Part shown: one piece after another, positions 44,431 through 58,700 of the stretch
Numbering within the stretch: position 1 is the stretch's first letter
How the letters are laid out: every line of letters starts with the position of its first letter
DNA from: Eledone cirrhosa
Taxonomy: Eukaryota
NCBI GenBank assembly: GCA_964016885.1
Contig: OZ024742.1
Span: 336,040,001 to 336,104,000 of the forward strand
Direction: 5' to 3'
DNA length: 64,000 bases
Notes under the pieces: generated by a model
Told to the model about the DNA's origin: nothing
Databases searched by the model: none
Seen by the model: only the letters and a program-made list of their open reading frames with translations
Translations under genes and position numbers: made by a program

Positions 44431-45519
44431 CATTCACAAGTATCACTCACAACTACACCAATTACAACAACAACAAAACCCACTACTAAAACACAATGTA
44501 TTACGAACCACTCTCTCCCCTTCTCTCTTACTAAACTTGAACACAGCACTATATTACATGCCTCACACGTTATAAAATATTAAAGCTGACAATAACAGAC
44601 CATCCCCTCTGTCAATCTTATATTCATAACATCCACTACAATATTTATTTTAATATTTTTTAGAAACTATTTTATTGTTATCTTTTATTGGCTATCTTAA
44701 AATATGCATTTATATTTTATTTATTCTTTTATTCTGTTGTTGGTTTCGGTCATTAGGCTGCGATCATGCTGAAGCACCACGTTGAAGAGATCATATTAAG
44801 ATCATATCGAACCAAGTACTTAGATATTTTTTTTTCAAGTTTGGTAGTTAGGTTATCGATTTCTAATTTTCGAATCACTAGGTTACGGGACAAACAGTAA
44901 ACGAGTAAACGCACGCACACATATTTACATACACACAATTACACTCACGCATTCACACGCATATAACGGGCTTCCACAAAGCTCCTGTCTACGAAATTTC
45001 ACTCTCAAGGCATTGGTTAACTTGGATCTATAGTATCAGACACTTTCCCAAAGTGCTATGTAGTGAACCAGAAAGCACATGGTTAAAGCGAATCCTTAAC
45101 CTTGGAGCTTTAAAATGTATAGATTTACTACATGGAAAATGAATGCTATTTGCCAGGAGCCCCTAACCTCCTTCCTAGGAGTTACCCATGAGCTAAAAGA
45201 GATGTAGAGGAAGAATCGCTCCCGGTACTGGACCGGTACTTTTTTGTCGACCTCAAAAGGATGCAAAGCAAAGTTGACCTCAACGAGATTCCATAAAGCA
45301 TTTTATCCGAAGTTCTAAAGACTTTGTCAATTTTCCCCCTAATTAACAGTGCTAGAACTCTTTCTGCCACTGAATTTGTATTGTTGGTGGTGTGGTAGAC
45401 ATTTGTCCGTCAAATTTCAATTCAACTATAACCTCGGGAATGAAAATACACTCTTGACAGGTGCAATGTGTCCGAACACGGAAGAGCCGAATCCTACCGT
45501 CATCGCCCCCATCTCTCTC

Positions 45520-45670
45520 GCCCTTCCCATCTCTCTGTATAGTGAGAAAATAGGGTCCCACGTGCTGGCCACCCCACGTCTCCGGTGGACAGAATGGAGA
45601 AGGCGTTTCCCCGGAGGATGGTAAGGGAGATGCTCTGGAAGAGCCATTCCATCTCGTAATTGCCGCACGG
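45520..45670 (+). repeat. Dispersed repeat; second copy at 48345-48485
   Basis: Shared ccggtggacagaatggagaaggcgttt.cccggagg...ctggaa.agcca.tcca. Confidence 0.7.
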
Positions 45671-46172
45671 CTTAAAATATAGACCTGAAATATCAATATT
45701 AATAAGAACAAGATATGAGACCCAAGTAATAACCATCGGAAAAGCATCAACAACTATTACCACAGTAATAATGACAAGAAGAGTAACAGTAGTAACAATG
45801 CCAACAACAATAGATGTGATAGAAATAGCGACAACAACAATAGCAGCAATAGAAACAACAAGAGCAAACATAATAACAATAACCGCATTAACAACAACAA
45901 CAACAATGCCAAATATTAACAACAATAAAGGCAAAAGAAACAATATCAGTCACACCAGCCATAACTTACAGTGACAACAACAACAGTAATAACAACAGCA
46001 TCAAAAACCATCACCAACAACAACAACAACAACAACAACAGAACTACAACATCAACAAAATCCACAAAAACCAGAAACGACGATAACAAATTCATTAAAA
46101 TGACACTAAATTTTAATTAACTTTCAGACAATAAAAATGATGGTAGCAACAACAGCAGCAGTAATAAACAAT

Positions 46173-46565
46173 AATTGTTTCTGATTTAGACACAAGGCGA
46201 GCAATTTTGGGGGAGGAGAAAGTAGATTAAATCGGCCCCAGTGCATTACTGATACTTTATCGACCCACGTAAGGATGAAAGGTAAAGGTAACCTCGGCGG
46301 CATTTGATCTTAGAACGTAAGTGGCTGTAACTCTATGCCGTGAAGCATAGTGCCCGACGCTCTACCGATACTGCAAAATAATAATTGTTTTTACTTTTGG
46401 CACACAAGGCCAGCAATTACCCAGTACATTACTGGTACTTTATTTTATTGACCCCGTAAGGATGAAAGGCAAAGTTAACATTGGCCGGATTTGAACTCAG
46501 AATGGCAAGGGCCGTAACTCTATGCGTCAAAGCATGGCATCCGATCCTCTACCGATACTGCCAAA
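46173..46565 (-). mobile_element. Two tandem SINE family A copies
   Basis: Reverse-complement consensus occurs twice. Confidence 0.85.
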
Positions 46566-47209
46566 TAATAATTATTTCATTTATTGGCCATAGTTTACTA
46601 ACCCCAACGGTTTGCACATATGATACAATAAACGTTAGAAACACAGAAGTTACAATACATGTGGAGCTGGACAAAGTTAATTATAAACCGAGGATAGACA
46701 TCGTAAGTAACAATGAATGGTGAACAATAATTATTTAGTGACAAATTAATAACTACCTCCGTTCGCAGCAGAGCTGATTAGTTGAGAAGTTCGCTTCAGA
46801 AACATCTGGTCCCGTGCTGGACTCCACAGCATGGCATCTCGTGAGTGAATTCGGGTAGATGGGAACTTATGAAGCCCATCTGATGGATTCTGCCTTTAAT
46901 TTAAAGGTTCAATCATGTTATACTCCCTGCTAAATTTTACGGAAATTACATTAAGGTTTCGGAAAATTGCATTAAGGTGTTTGTGAAATGACTAGTGACT
47001 TTCACGTTAATTTCCTGGGCATGCTGTTCGGTTGGTCGAACTACCGAAACACTCATCGTCGAACCGAATTATGGTCCACTCCATTCCAATAACAACACCA
47101 AGGTTGTGGCTTAGAAGAATCAGTAGAGTGACAAGCAAAATGTATTATGGTACTTCGGTCTGTTTATATTCTCTGTTGAAATATTGCTGAGTTTGACTTT
47201 CAGTGTCAT

Positions 47210-47935
47210 TATATACAAACCAAAACTACACTTATCCCAAACCAATGCCACACCCTTAGGCTAAACGAAAGCTACACTTATCTCAAAACCAAAGCAACAC
47301 TTACACGAAAACCAAAACTTCACTTATCCCAATTCAAAGTTACATTTAAGCCAAACCAAAATTACATTTAGGTCAAACCAAAGCTATACGTAGGCCATAC
47401 AAACTGTACATTTAGGCCAATCTAAAGCAACACTAAACTCAAACCAAAACTACACGTATGCCAAACCAAAGCTACACTTAAGCCAAAAAATGTTACCCTT
47501 AGTCCAAACGAAAAACTATGTTTAAACCAAACCGAAATTACACTGATGTTAAACCAAATCTACATTTAAACTAAACTAGACTTACACTAATACCAAACCA
47601 ACTCTACATCAAGTTAAAGCTATTTTAAAGCTAAATTAAACCTACACTTAAGCCGAGCCAAACCTAAAACTAATCAATATCCAACTTAACTCACCAAACT
47701 AAACCAAGGAAACGCGAATCATGGATAATATAACCACTTCAAACTAAACCTAACCACAAAGAATCTAACCACATCAAACTAAACTTAACCACAGAAAACT
47801 TTACCACATTAAACTAAACTTAAACACAGAAAACCTAACCACATCAAACTAAACATAACTACATCAAACTAAACTTAACTACAGAAAACCTTACCAAGCC
47901 AAACTAAAGTTAACTCTACGTAACCAAAGCAAACA
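47210..47935. repeat. Degenerate ~22-bp A/C-rich minisatellite
   Basis: Recurring aaaccaaagctacactta and aaactaaacttaaccaca units. Confidence 0.8.
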
Positions 47936-47992
47936 CTGGTCAAAGACAAAAATTAAAACGCAATAATTAAATATGTATTGTCTAGAGATCAT

Positions 47993-48179
47993 TGGATTGG
48001 CAGTATCGGTAGAGAGTCGGACGCCATGCTTTGACGGATAGAGTTACGGCCCTTGCCATTCTGAGTTCAAAGCCCGCCGAGGTTAACTTTGCCTTTCATC
48101 CTTACGGGGTCGATAAAATAAAGTACCAGTAATGCACTGGATAATTGCTGGCCTTGTGCCAAATGTAGAAACAATTATT
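47993..48179 (+). mobile_element. SINE family A full copy
   Basis: Full head, core and tail. Confidence 0.9.
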
Positions 48180-48480
48180 GATAGTACATTTAGAGGATGT
48201 CGTCAGAAAGTACTTTGGATCGATTTAAGTGACAGGTGATGTACTTTTGCCGACCTTTAGGAGTGGTGTGATCCAGTTTATCTAGCTGTAGATATTCTGT
48301 ATAGGATTGATGAGTTAATATCTGTATACAACAACTACAACCAACGGTACGCGATGGAGCCCACCCACAGCCCCGGTGGACAGAATGGAGAAGGCGTTTT
48401 CCCGGAGGTCAGCAAGAGAGACGCACTGGAAAAGCCACTCCAACTGGCGGGACTCACACCTGCGGCTGGCCAGCTCGGCG

Positions 48481-48564
<84 letters not shown>

Positions 48565-48965
48565 CTATTGTCATATTGGCAACACAACCATCTCCAGATA
48601 TGACAATATATAACAATATATATATATATGTGTATATATATATAATATATTTCGTTTCTGAATTTGTTTAGCAAGATTCTTTATCTGAACACGTGTGTTG
48701 AAACCGATATTGTTATGCTTTGGGAGGGTCATGTTGCCAATAAGACACGCACGCACCAGTTGCTTTCACTCCAATTTATATAAATTAGATTTATAAATTT
48801 AAGAATTTATAAATTTCCGGTTGGTTGGTTGGTTCCATAACCGGACGGTTGTTCATATATTGTCAAATTTCTTTCGTCACACAACCTGTGACCTCTTCAG
48901 TGACTAGGGATTCTTTTCTTTGTTTTGTGCCTCTCTTTTGTTCTGCCCTACGCCATCTTGTTTTT
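48565..48965 (-). mobile_element. Family F copy with hammerhead-like motif at 48862-48904
   Basis: gtca-CTGAAGA-g-gtcaca[ggttg]tgtgac-GAAA-gaaa-TT^tgac on minus strand. Confidence 0.75.
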
Positions 48966-49074
48966 GTACACATATGCACACACATATATAGGTATATATA
49001 TGTATAAATGTATATGTATATGTATATGTATATATGTTCATGTATATGTATATATATATGTCTACACACACACA

Positions 49075-49149
<75 letters not shown>

Positions 49150-50114
49150 GTGTGTATATATGTGTATACATACACACTCACCAAACAGTGAAATCAAACT
49201 AACAGCACCTATATAACCATTATTGTTGTTGGAGAACCATCATTTCTGACGGGTAGTTCTCTAGTTGATTCAATCAAAAGAATTGCTTGCTCATGAGATG
49301 AACACGTAAGTGGCCAAGCATTCTTGCACCGATATGTACACTCTTAATTATTCGGTGTAACACGTTGTTCAAAGTTCACAGCTGTGTTGACAACAGAACA
49401 TAGTAAATCAACAGAACAAAATAACTACTATACCGTGTGTGTTATTTTGATAGGAATGTTCCACCAATATCGCTTATGTCGATATGTATGTTTGTATTAC
49501 ATAATTAGAGGATTCTCTATATTTATCCCAACGAAGTCGTGCCATCTGATATTTTTGTACATTGTTCTGTTAGTAATATCCTGCCACTTTTAGCGGAGGT
49601 AGTACTTTCATGATATATTTGGTCAGTTACAGATCATATGTGCGATATCTTTTGTTTTTTGTTGTTGAGGGCCCTAACATATCGTCGGCATACTTTGCTC
49701 GTGAATAACCATAGGTTTGCACCTAATAAGGACAAACCAGTGCAAAGTGTTTTTGTAGCAGACCAGCAGTCGCATATGCATATCTGTCTCTTCTCTCCAC
49801 GTCACCGATGATATCCTATAAAAGGCAAAAGTTGATAAAGCTTGGCACCAGTGCCATCACCACTCAGTTTTTTAAAGCTGGAATAACGTGGGATAAAGTG
49901 CCTTGCTCAAAGACATAACTCATCTGCTGGTCCGAGAATCGACCCCCACAACAATACGATTGTGAGTCCAATGTTCTAAACTCTTAGCCACGTCCCTTAA
50001 TACCTTAGCATAACCACTGGATAACAAAAACAAAGGTAGAAACAGAGTTTCTCATTAGGGGATTCCTTGTGTGAGATGTGAAGCTTCCGAGACAATCATT
50101 GTACTTTCAGTTTG

Positions 50115-50496
50115 AAAAGAGTGAAGGGTTGCCCCAGTCTTTTTGGGTCTTTCAACTACACTTACTAAGGCGGCAGGCAATATACAATACTTCCGGTTGC
50201 CACGAGTGTAAAAGAGTGTAGGGTTGCCCCAGTCTTGGGTCTTTCAACTACACTTACTAAGGCGGCAGGCAATATACAATACTTCCGGTTGCCACGAGTG
50301 TAAAAGAGTGAAGGGTTGCCCCAGTCTTGGGTCTTTCAACTACACTTACTAAGGCGGCAGGCAATATACAATACTTCCGGTTGCCACGAGTGTAAAAGAG
50401 TGAAGGGTTGCCCCAGTCTTGGGTCTTTCAACTACACTTACTAAGGCGGCAGGCAATATACAATACTTCCGGTTGCCACGAGTGTAAAAGAGTGTA
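50115..50496. repeat. 92-bp tandem repeat, ~4.2 copies
   Basis: gggttgccccagtc recurs at ~50126, 50221, 50313 and 50405. Confidence 0.95.
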
Positions 50497-50841
50497 GTGA
50501 AATTCCTTTCTGTAATCAAGCCACACTGTCACAAATTTCTGTCCATTTTCTCTTTCTATTTTCATTCTTTAGTTGTTTTTTTTACTTCTGACAGCAGAAC
50601 TCTATTAATTAAATACTGTTCACCTGATCACCACAATCCTATCTTTCCACATGCCTGTTAATTAGTGACTACCTTGATGGACTTCTAATGGTCGTACAAA
50701 AAATGATTGAAACAGCTTGTGTAGAGACGTTAGTTTCATTCGTGGCTACAAGATTTATCTGAGTTGATACACAATTTGGCCTTCCGCAGTTCTATTACAC
50801 AAACATGTGCGTACACACACACAGACACACAGACACACACA

Positions 50842-50929
<88 letters not shown>

Positions 50930-51973
50930 TGGCTATAGGCGTATTGTTCGAGTATGAATGTAGAGCTAAGTTGTTTTTCTGTAAGCAACCAAGTTAAACC
51001 ATACTTTGTTTTATGTGGCTTTGTAAATAATCCAATCACTCTAGTAGTAAAAGGTAAGAGCGTATTTTCGGTACTGAATTTGTATACTCCTCATCAATAG
51101 TGACCATGTGTTTTTCGAATCACATTTACGTCAAATCACTATTCCAACAGAACTTATTTTAGAATTTATAATAACATTAACTAGGTATAGTTATGTATGT
51201 ATGTTATCTTTATTTTTAAAAGTTATTTGAAATCTTCCTATTACCATGGGGCTGGATTTTGACGAATAAAAAAAAATGATCCACTGGAATTTGAATAACA
51301 ACGATGAGAGATAGATATCGAACTTTAGAAAGGTGTTGCATATATTTACTGTTCCGCTTACAGGTTGCATTTGCAAAGTGTGTTTTAGTTTTTCGAGGTC
51401 GTCACTTAAGCATTTACTAACATAATATACTGTGTGAATGTGAATTTATAATCTGGATAGAGGAGTTGTTCACAAATATTAACTTTTTCACTGGTTTTGA
51501 AGGAAATGTTTACATCTGCAGGACAGCTGACCTGTATGACTGAACATAATTTTTCTTTTCTATCTAAAAAATACTATATCATTTGTGTTATATTTGCAAT
51601 CGATGGAAATTTTGATAGGAATACTTCACCAATATTCCTTATGTTGATATGTATGTTTGTATTAAATAATTGAGGGATTCTCTTTATCAATCCCAGGATT
51701 AGTCTTTCCTGATGATAGTAATGTATAGTGTTTTGGCAGCAATACCATATACTGCACTCTTTTGAAGTTTTGATGGGAATATTCCATCAACATGCCTTAT
51801 GTTGATATGTATGTTTATATTTTAAAAAAACCCTGAAGGATTCTCCTTATTTATTCCAGGATATTCTTTCTTAGGGATGGTTTTGGATATTATTTTGGCA
51901 GCAATATTATGCCGCATTGAGAGGGAGTACCGTGATATTTTGGGGAAGCTACTGATCATATGTGTGATATTTT

Positions 51974-52545
51974 CTACAGAAATATGACATGGTCAATATT
52001 CTCGGTTGTATTTTGGAATTGAATGGCTTCACTGTCTCTGTTGATCATTAGGTATTTCATAGCTTTTTTCTGCTCTTGGAAAGCAAAATTATAGCATTCG
52101 AAATGTGAATTGCCGCAACGGTCATGAATCCAAGAGCGACTACATTTCATGTCAATGTTAGTATTATCCTCTAATTTACAAGAAACATATCTCTGCATAG
52201 GTTTTTTGAGGTAATATTTCTGTATCAATATTTCTGTATCAAGTCTATGCTAGACCAGAAATATTGGGGTTGCATGAGAGGTTATCAGGAAGTGAGTGCT
52301 TCTTGAGGAGTCCACTATCAACCTGAGTACATGTGGTTTTACTCACTCTCGAGCACTTGGTTGATGCATCACATTTTTGCTTCCATTGTTTGGCAGATGC
52401 TACTTGATTGACACCATACGACATTCAAAGGTTGTCTACACAGTTCTTACAGCACTTCTACTAGCTTCCTTTCTTATTAGGTAAAGCCTGTTGATATCAC
52501 TGCTATTGTGGATGGTCCCCGGTCATGTCAACATATTGAACGGTT
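51974..52545 (-). pseudogene. Decayed R4/Dong-type (RLE clade) non-LTR fragment, post-RT region
   Basis: IHNSSDINRLYLIRKEASR (cf. DxxRLYxxRxxGGRG) and KKPM...ID...S.SW...SHFE.Y.FAFQEQ...KYL...ENIDHVI. Confidence 0.7.
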
Positions 52546-52632
52546 TAATACATACGTATGTATGTATGTATGTATGTATGTATGTATGTATGTATGTATG
52601 TATGTATGTATGTATGTATGTATGTATGTATG

Positions 52633-54790
52633 TGACACCGATTCGCAGCAAGGATGGCAAAGAACTTCTTCGTGATTCACAGGGAATTCTACGAAGGTGG
52701 CGAGAGCACTTTGATGATCTTTTGAATCAGCCGTCTGTCGTCAGTGAAGATTTCCTCAATCTCATTCCGGAAAGTCCTGTGAAAGTAGCTCTCGCAGAAC
52801 CTCCGACGCTTGTGGAGGTTGCAGTGGCTATTTCGAAGCTGAACAGTGGAAAATCTCCAGGTATGGATGGCATACATGCTGAGCTCCTACAATATGGTGG
52901 TGAGAGACTCCTGCAACATCTTCACTCTCTGTTTGGAAGGATATGGGCTAATGAATCCGTGCCTGAGGACTGGAGAGATGCAGTAATGGTGGTCTTGTAC
53001 AAGGGAAAGGGTAACAGGAATGATTGTGGGAACTACAGAGGTATATCATTGCTTTCTGTCGTAGGGAAAGTTCTATGTAGGGTGCTTCTGGACCGTCTGC
53101 TGACACACATTGCAGATTGTGTCCTTCCTGAAAGTCAATCTGGTTTTCGTGCTGGACGCGGCACTACTGATATGATCTTCTCAGCTAGACAGCTCCAGGA
53201 GAAGTGCATTGAACAGGGCTTGGATCTGTATCAGGTTTTTGTCGATCTGACAAAGGCTTTCGATACTGTCAACAGAGATGCATTATGGAAGGTTCTCCAG
53301 AAACTTGGTTGCCCTGATAAGTTCCTTGCTTTAGTTAGGTCTTTCCATGACGACATGAAGGCTTGGGTTAATGTCGGAGGTAACATGTCGGAGCCTATCT
53401 CAGTAAAAAATGGAGTGAAACAGGGGGATATTCCAGCACCGACCCTGTTTGCCATATACTTTGCAATGGTTTTCAGTTTTGCATTCAGGAATTGCGAGCA
53501 TGGTGTTTACATCCGATATCGAACCTCAGGCAGCATATTTAACATCAGGCGCTTTGCTGCGAAGACAAAAGTATTTACATCAGTCATAAGAGACCTCTTG
53601 TATGCAGATGATTGCGATCTTGTAGCGCACACAGAGAGTGATATGCAGTACATTTTGAATGTATTTTCTGACGCTTGCACTGCCCTGGGTTTGACTGTCA
53701 GTCTCAAGAAAACCGTCGTCATGTACCAACCTGCCCCTAGTAAGCAGTACACTGAACCAAACATCTATGTGTATGGCAAACGACTTGGAGTGGTTGATCA
53801 GTTTGTCTACCTGGGAAGCACCGTCAATCGATACGGCAACCTTGACAGTGAAATCTCACTTAGGATTAGGAAAGCAAGTGATGCTTTCGGAAAGCTAGAA
53901 AGGCGACTCTGGAGTCGGCGAGACATATGCAGGAGGACAAAGGTAAAGGTGTACAGGGCATGTGTACTCTCTTGTCTTCTTTATGCCTGCGAGACCTGGG
54001 TCACATATCGACGCCACCTTAAGCAATTGGAGCGTTTCCATCAGATGTGTCTCAGACGGATCCATGGCGTTCACTGGAGGGACCACATCAGTGATGTCGA
54101 GATTTTGGAAAGCTCTATGTGTGACAGTATAGAAGCTCTTGTGCTTAAGCAACGACTCCATTGGAGTGGTCACCTTGCCAGGATGAAGGATTCTATAGAA
54201 TACCAAAACAACTCTTCTATGGAGAGTTGGTTAAAGGAAAACGACCGCCACATAAACCAAAAAAGAGGTATAAGGATTCCTTGAAAGCCTCTCTGAAAGA
54301 CGCTAACATCTCTGCTGATACATGGGAAAATATTGCTGCTGATCGTAATAAATGGAGAAAGACTGTATATGAGGGAAAAGTTGCCTTTGAGGCATCTCGA
54401 ATCGCACACGAGAAAGTAAAGCGGGACGTGAGGAAGGGCATTGCTGTTGCACTTCCAGACGGCGAGGGTCCTCCTATGGTTCTGACTTGCAGCGTCTGTG
54501 CGAGACTCTGCCTAAGCAAAGCTGGACTCGAAAGTCATCTTTGCAGTCATAAAATAAGACCAGTGGTTGACTACCAGGCTGCTGTTGGAGATGCTACTCA
54601 TCATGCTTGCCAAACATGTGGTAGAGAATGTAAATCAGCAGGAGGGCTCAAGCGACATGCAAAAGTACACGAACTCCAACCACAGCCGACTATTTCCAGT
54701 GAATGTTTTGGTTTCCGACTCTGTGCAAGACATTTTAGATCATTGGCTGGGCTAAAAAGCCACATTCGATCGCAGCACTGTTAGTTGCTA

Positions 54791-54842
<52 letters not shown>

Positions 54843-54923
54843 ATGCTTATGTGCGTGCGTGTGTGTGTATATATATATGAATGTGTATATTATTATTGTT
54901 GTTGTCGTTATTATTATTATTGC

Positions 54924-54957
<34 letters not shown>

Positions 54958-55037
54958 GTTATTAATGTATGTGTGAGTGTATGTGTATGTATGTGTGTAT
55001 GTATATATGTATGTATGTATATATATATATATATTTC

Positions 55038-55075
<38 letters not shown>

Positions 55076-55197
55076 TTTTATTATTTTTTATTTTTTTTAT
55101 TTTTTTTTTATTTTTTTTTTATTTTTTATTTTATTTTTTTAATTTTATTTTTTTATTGTGCAATGGCCATACTCGATAACGAGGGGGCAGCCATCAT
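52633..55197 (+). mobile_element. 5'-truncated RTE-clade LINE: reverse transcriptase and C-terminal C2H2 zinc fingers, one frameshift near 54195
   Basis: KSPGMDGI, NYRGISLLS, ESQSGFR, FVDLTKAFDTV, GVKQG, LLYADD (53601-53612), YLGS, LHWSGHLARM, then RIPKQLFYGEL and C..C....H fingers to the stop at 54784. 3' tail ctcgataacgag..gcagccatc(atgt)n at 55165-55197. Confidence 0.95.
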
Positions 55198-55263
55198 GTA
55201 TGTATGTATGTATGTATGTATGTATGTATGTGTCTGTATGTATGTATGTATGTATGTATGTAT

Positions 55264-55671
55264 GAGAGATGACCCCTTAGCCTTTGTCAAGGCAGAATTC
55301 TAGGAGAAGGAAAACTCTGATATAACACCTGCAACCCTGATGGTATCCAATGATGTTGACTTGTTCTTCTTTTTGTAAATATCATCTTGGTTAAGAGAGT
55401 GGGACTGGCTTTGTGCAGTGCCTTTGCTCACTATAAAAGCTTCACGGCACAGGCATTGCTTTATATCTGGAGATCTCTCTGCATTTGTCGTCACACGGTA
55501 CCATGGGCCCAGCACTATGTGTCAATAATTGTCACAAGTGTAGTGTTTGTACCAGAGTTTTTCAAGTCGCTGGCTGGACTAAAAAGTCACACTCGTTCAC
55601 CGCATATGTAGGGGTTCTCCTACATGGATATAAAGTAGTGGTCGTACTCGAAAACAAATTGGCAGCCACCA
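55264..55671 (+). mobile_element. 5'-truncated RTE-related non-autonomous element
   Basis: Identity to 13190-13581, TATG-flanked. Confidence 0.87.
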
Positions 55672-55714
55672 AGTATGTATATTATGCATGCTAGGTTATA
55701 TGTATGTATGCATG

Positions 55715-56189
55715 TTATCTCTTTCTCTTAATTTCGAGTATATTTTTTTGACCGGCCACCTACCTGGTGGCAAAGTTGTAAAAGAAAAGAAATTGTCATC
55801 CCTTGAATCGCAAGAATCTTTTGCAAATTTTGAAGCTGCCAGCTATCGCAGCTATTTGTGGACTATGAATTAGGGAGCTGCGCTCTTTGTCCACAAATCC
55901 AAGTTCAGTCATACTTTGGTCCAAGCGGGTTGGTATATGACCCGTAGCTCCAATAATTATGGGTATGAAGCTAAAGGTGTATCTTGGATACTGGATTTGT
56001 AAACTCCTCATCAATGGTCCGTAGATGTCCTCCTTCTCCTGTATTTTTCTGACAACGTTTACATCAAGTGGGCAGCTGATCTCCACAACAGAACACGTTT
56101 TCACTGTGTGGTCCCAAACAACAACATCAGGCCGGTTGTGCTTTAATTTGGTGGCAGTTTTTATTTTCAGGTTCCACCAGTATTCCACC
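55715..56189 (-). mobile_element. 3' end of an R4/Dong-like non-LTR element with an uninterrupted restriction-like endonuclease (RLE) domain
   Basis: EYWWNLKIKTATKLKHNRPDVVVWD...CSVVEISCPLD.N...K..EK..IY..L...LQ..YP...F.FIPIIIGATG is a PD-(D/E)xK-type RLE. Stop at 55796. (CATA)n on both sides. Confidence 0.88.
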
Positions 56190-56204
56190 ATGTATGTATG
56201 TATG

Positions 56205-56238
<34 letters not shown>

Positions 56239-56242
56239 CGTA

Positions 56243-56278
<36 letters not shown>

Positions 56279-56506
56279 TGTATGTATGTATGTATGTATG
56301 TATGCATGCATGTATATACTTATGTGTTTATATGTGTATGAATGTGCTTATGTATAATACTTTGTCTATACCTGTGTATATGTACATGCTACACGCTAAA
56401 TTCCCTGTATATTTCATTATTCCAATGTTCCATTAATGTCCTTACTAGTAATTTACATCTACGTCTCTACCCCCTCTCTTTCTCTCTCTCTCTATGTATA
56501 TACACA

Positions 56507-56585
<79 letters not shown>

Positions 56586-56629
56586 AAGTTAAATAAAAGT
56601 CAAATGATTAAAATTTAGCTTCGTTTATT

Positions 56630-56684
56630 ACTGCTATATATATTTCAGTGACAGCCATCTTTGGTTGTGACCTCTTCAGGCAGT
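56630..56684 (-). ncRNA. Type I hammerhead ribozyme in a TA-embedded insertion (56581-56797)
   Basis: actgc-CTGAAGA-ggtcacaacca[aaga]tggctgtcact-GAAA-tatata-TA^gcagt. Confidence 0.85.
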
Positions 56685-56799
56685 TTGAATTAGTATGGTA
56701 TAGACAAGTACATATGTTGTTTAGGTTATAATATTGTCAATACTCTGATATGCCCAGTTCCTTGTTGGGTTGTTAATTCACTGAGGAACTGGAGTCATA

Positions 56800-56848
<49 letters not shown>

Positions 56849-57719
56849 ACTGTTATTGTTCCATCTACCTCTTTACCTATATAATATGTTAAAGTATGGC
56901 CTCAATAATACATAGGTATTCAGCAATTTACTTGGCTTTCTTAATCTCCTTAATTATTTAAAATGTCTAATGTACAAGGAACGCCAACACACACACACAC
57001 ACACACCACAAACACAAACACGCGTTCACACACAGACATGTGCAAAAACACATTTTCACACTCACTCACACATTAGAAATATATAACGCATATATATATA
57101 GATGTGTATACACATCACCACACAGACTGAAACATGTAAATCTGTAGATATGTTTATGTGTCGAGATACAGGCATTGTTATCTGCATATATATATATATA
57201 TGTGTGTGTCTCTGTGTGTGTGTGTATGTGTGCGCGTGTGTGTGTATCTGTGTACATGTGTGTCTGTATGTATGTGTGTATACGTGTGTATATATATATA
57301 TACGAGCATAGTGCCTGTAAAAAATGTTTAACTTGATGATTACGATATTCCTTGGTCGAGAAAATATAGTACCAGTTATGTACTGGGTCTAATGGAGTCA
57401 ATACTACAAGGTTCGTCATCGCTGAACAATAACAATCTTAAGAAGATTTCTCTGCTTCAAATGCCAGCTCCTTGATAAGTGGAAATACTCAGCGAATTCA
57501 ATTGATTTTCAAACACCTTAATTTGATTTGTATACTTCTGTTTTTTCTCCACACTTACATAATACAAAACACCTTCTATACTACTGGATTCCATACCTGA
57601 ATAAATATTACCATCTCTATATTACATTCCACCACCTAATATCATACTATACATCTATTATAGTGCACAAATACTACATATGCACAACTGCTTTACTATT
57701 TCACATATAGATATATATA

Positions 57720-58700
57720 AGTGGAGGAGATCCTGAAGCAAACCTGGACCAACAGTCTCTGCGAAAGATGTCAACATACAAATTGAGCAATTTGTGGCAA
57801 CAGTATAAGCAATATGCTTCAAGTTTGTCCCGGAAAGAAAGGTCAACAGGACCCAAAATATTATTCCCAGAGAAGAAAAATTCTTCTGAGACGGAGAACG
57901 AAAATCTCAAATCGGCTACACATACAATTAAAGAACAAGAAGGAATCCCATTTGAAGCAGGTACTGTTTGAAATTAAAACTGAACTCATGAAAAGGAGAG
58001 GACAGAAAGAGAATCCAGGGCTGTAGAAAACACAAAAACGCACCGTAAGGCTTTCTTTCAATTTGCAAAAGAGACCGTATCGCTACACTACGGGATAGAG
58101 CCACTTTTCCATAAAAGTCGCTCACTGATCGCAGATACCCAAGGGATAAGTGAGGTATGAACGAACAATATAACCGTTTTTTCACACCTCCAATAAGATA
58201 CATGCACATAAATAAGCCAGATGAGTTCTTTAACACCACTGCATTACACAGAGAAATGGCAACCACCAACCACATAGATATAATAGAGGAAGATGTATTA
58301 CCAACCATAAGCGAAATGAGACCAGATTCAGCTGCTGACCCTGATGGTTTCACAGCAATCCTTTTAAAAACATGCAAACCAACCTTAACAAAAGCACAGC
58401 GAATCCTCCTTCAAAGCTCCTCTGCAAGTGGTAAACTACCCGGAAGCTAATAGAAGACATGATATGTCCTACCCATAAAGAAAGCGGAGCAAATGCTAAA
58501 AAATACAGACCTGTCTTCCTGACCTCACATATCTGCAGAGTTATGGAATGAATCGTCAGAAGGAAACTGATAACTTTCCTAGAGAAAAATGATCTTCTAA
58601 ATGACACCCAGCATGGCTTTCACTCGGGTAGAAATTGCCTTACACAGCCCTTACAACATTATAACTAGGTACTAAATAGCAGCTAGACCTTTCGGACGTA
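57720..58700 (+). pseudogene. Decayed CR1/L2-group LINE reverse transcriptase fragment
   Basis: SAADPDGFTAILLK...SGKLP...KYRPVFLTSHICRVME*IVRRKLITFLEKNDLLNDTQHGFHSGRNCLTQ, with stops and frameshifts. Confidence 0.85.
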
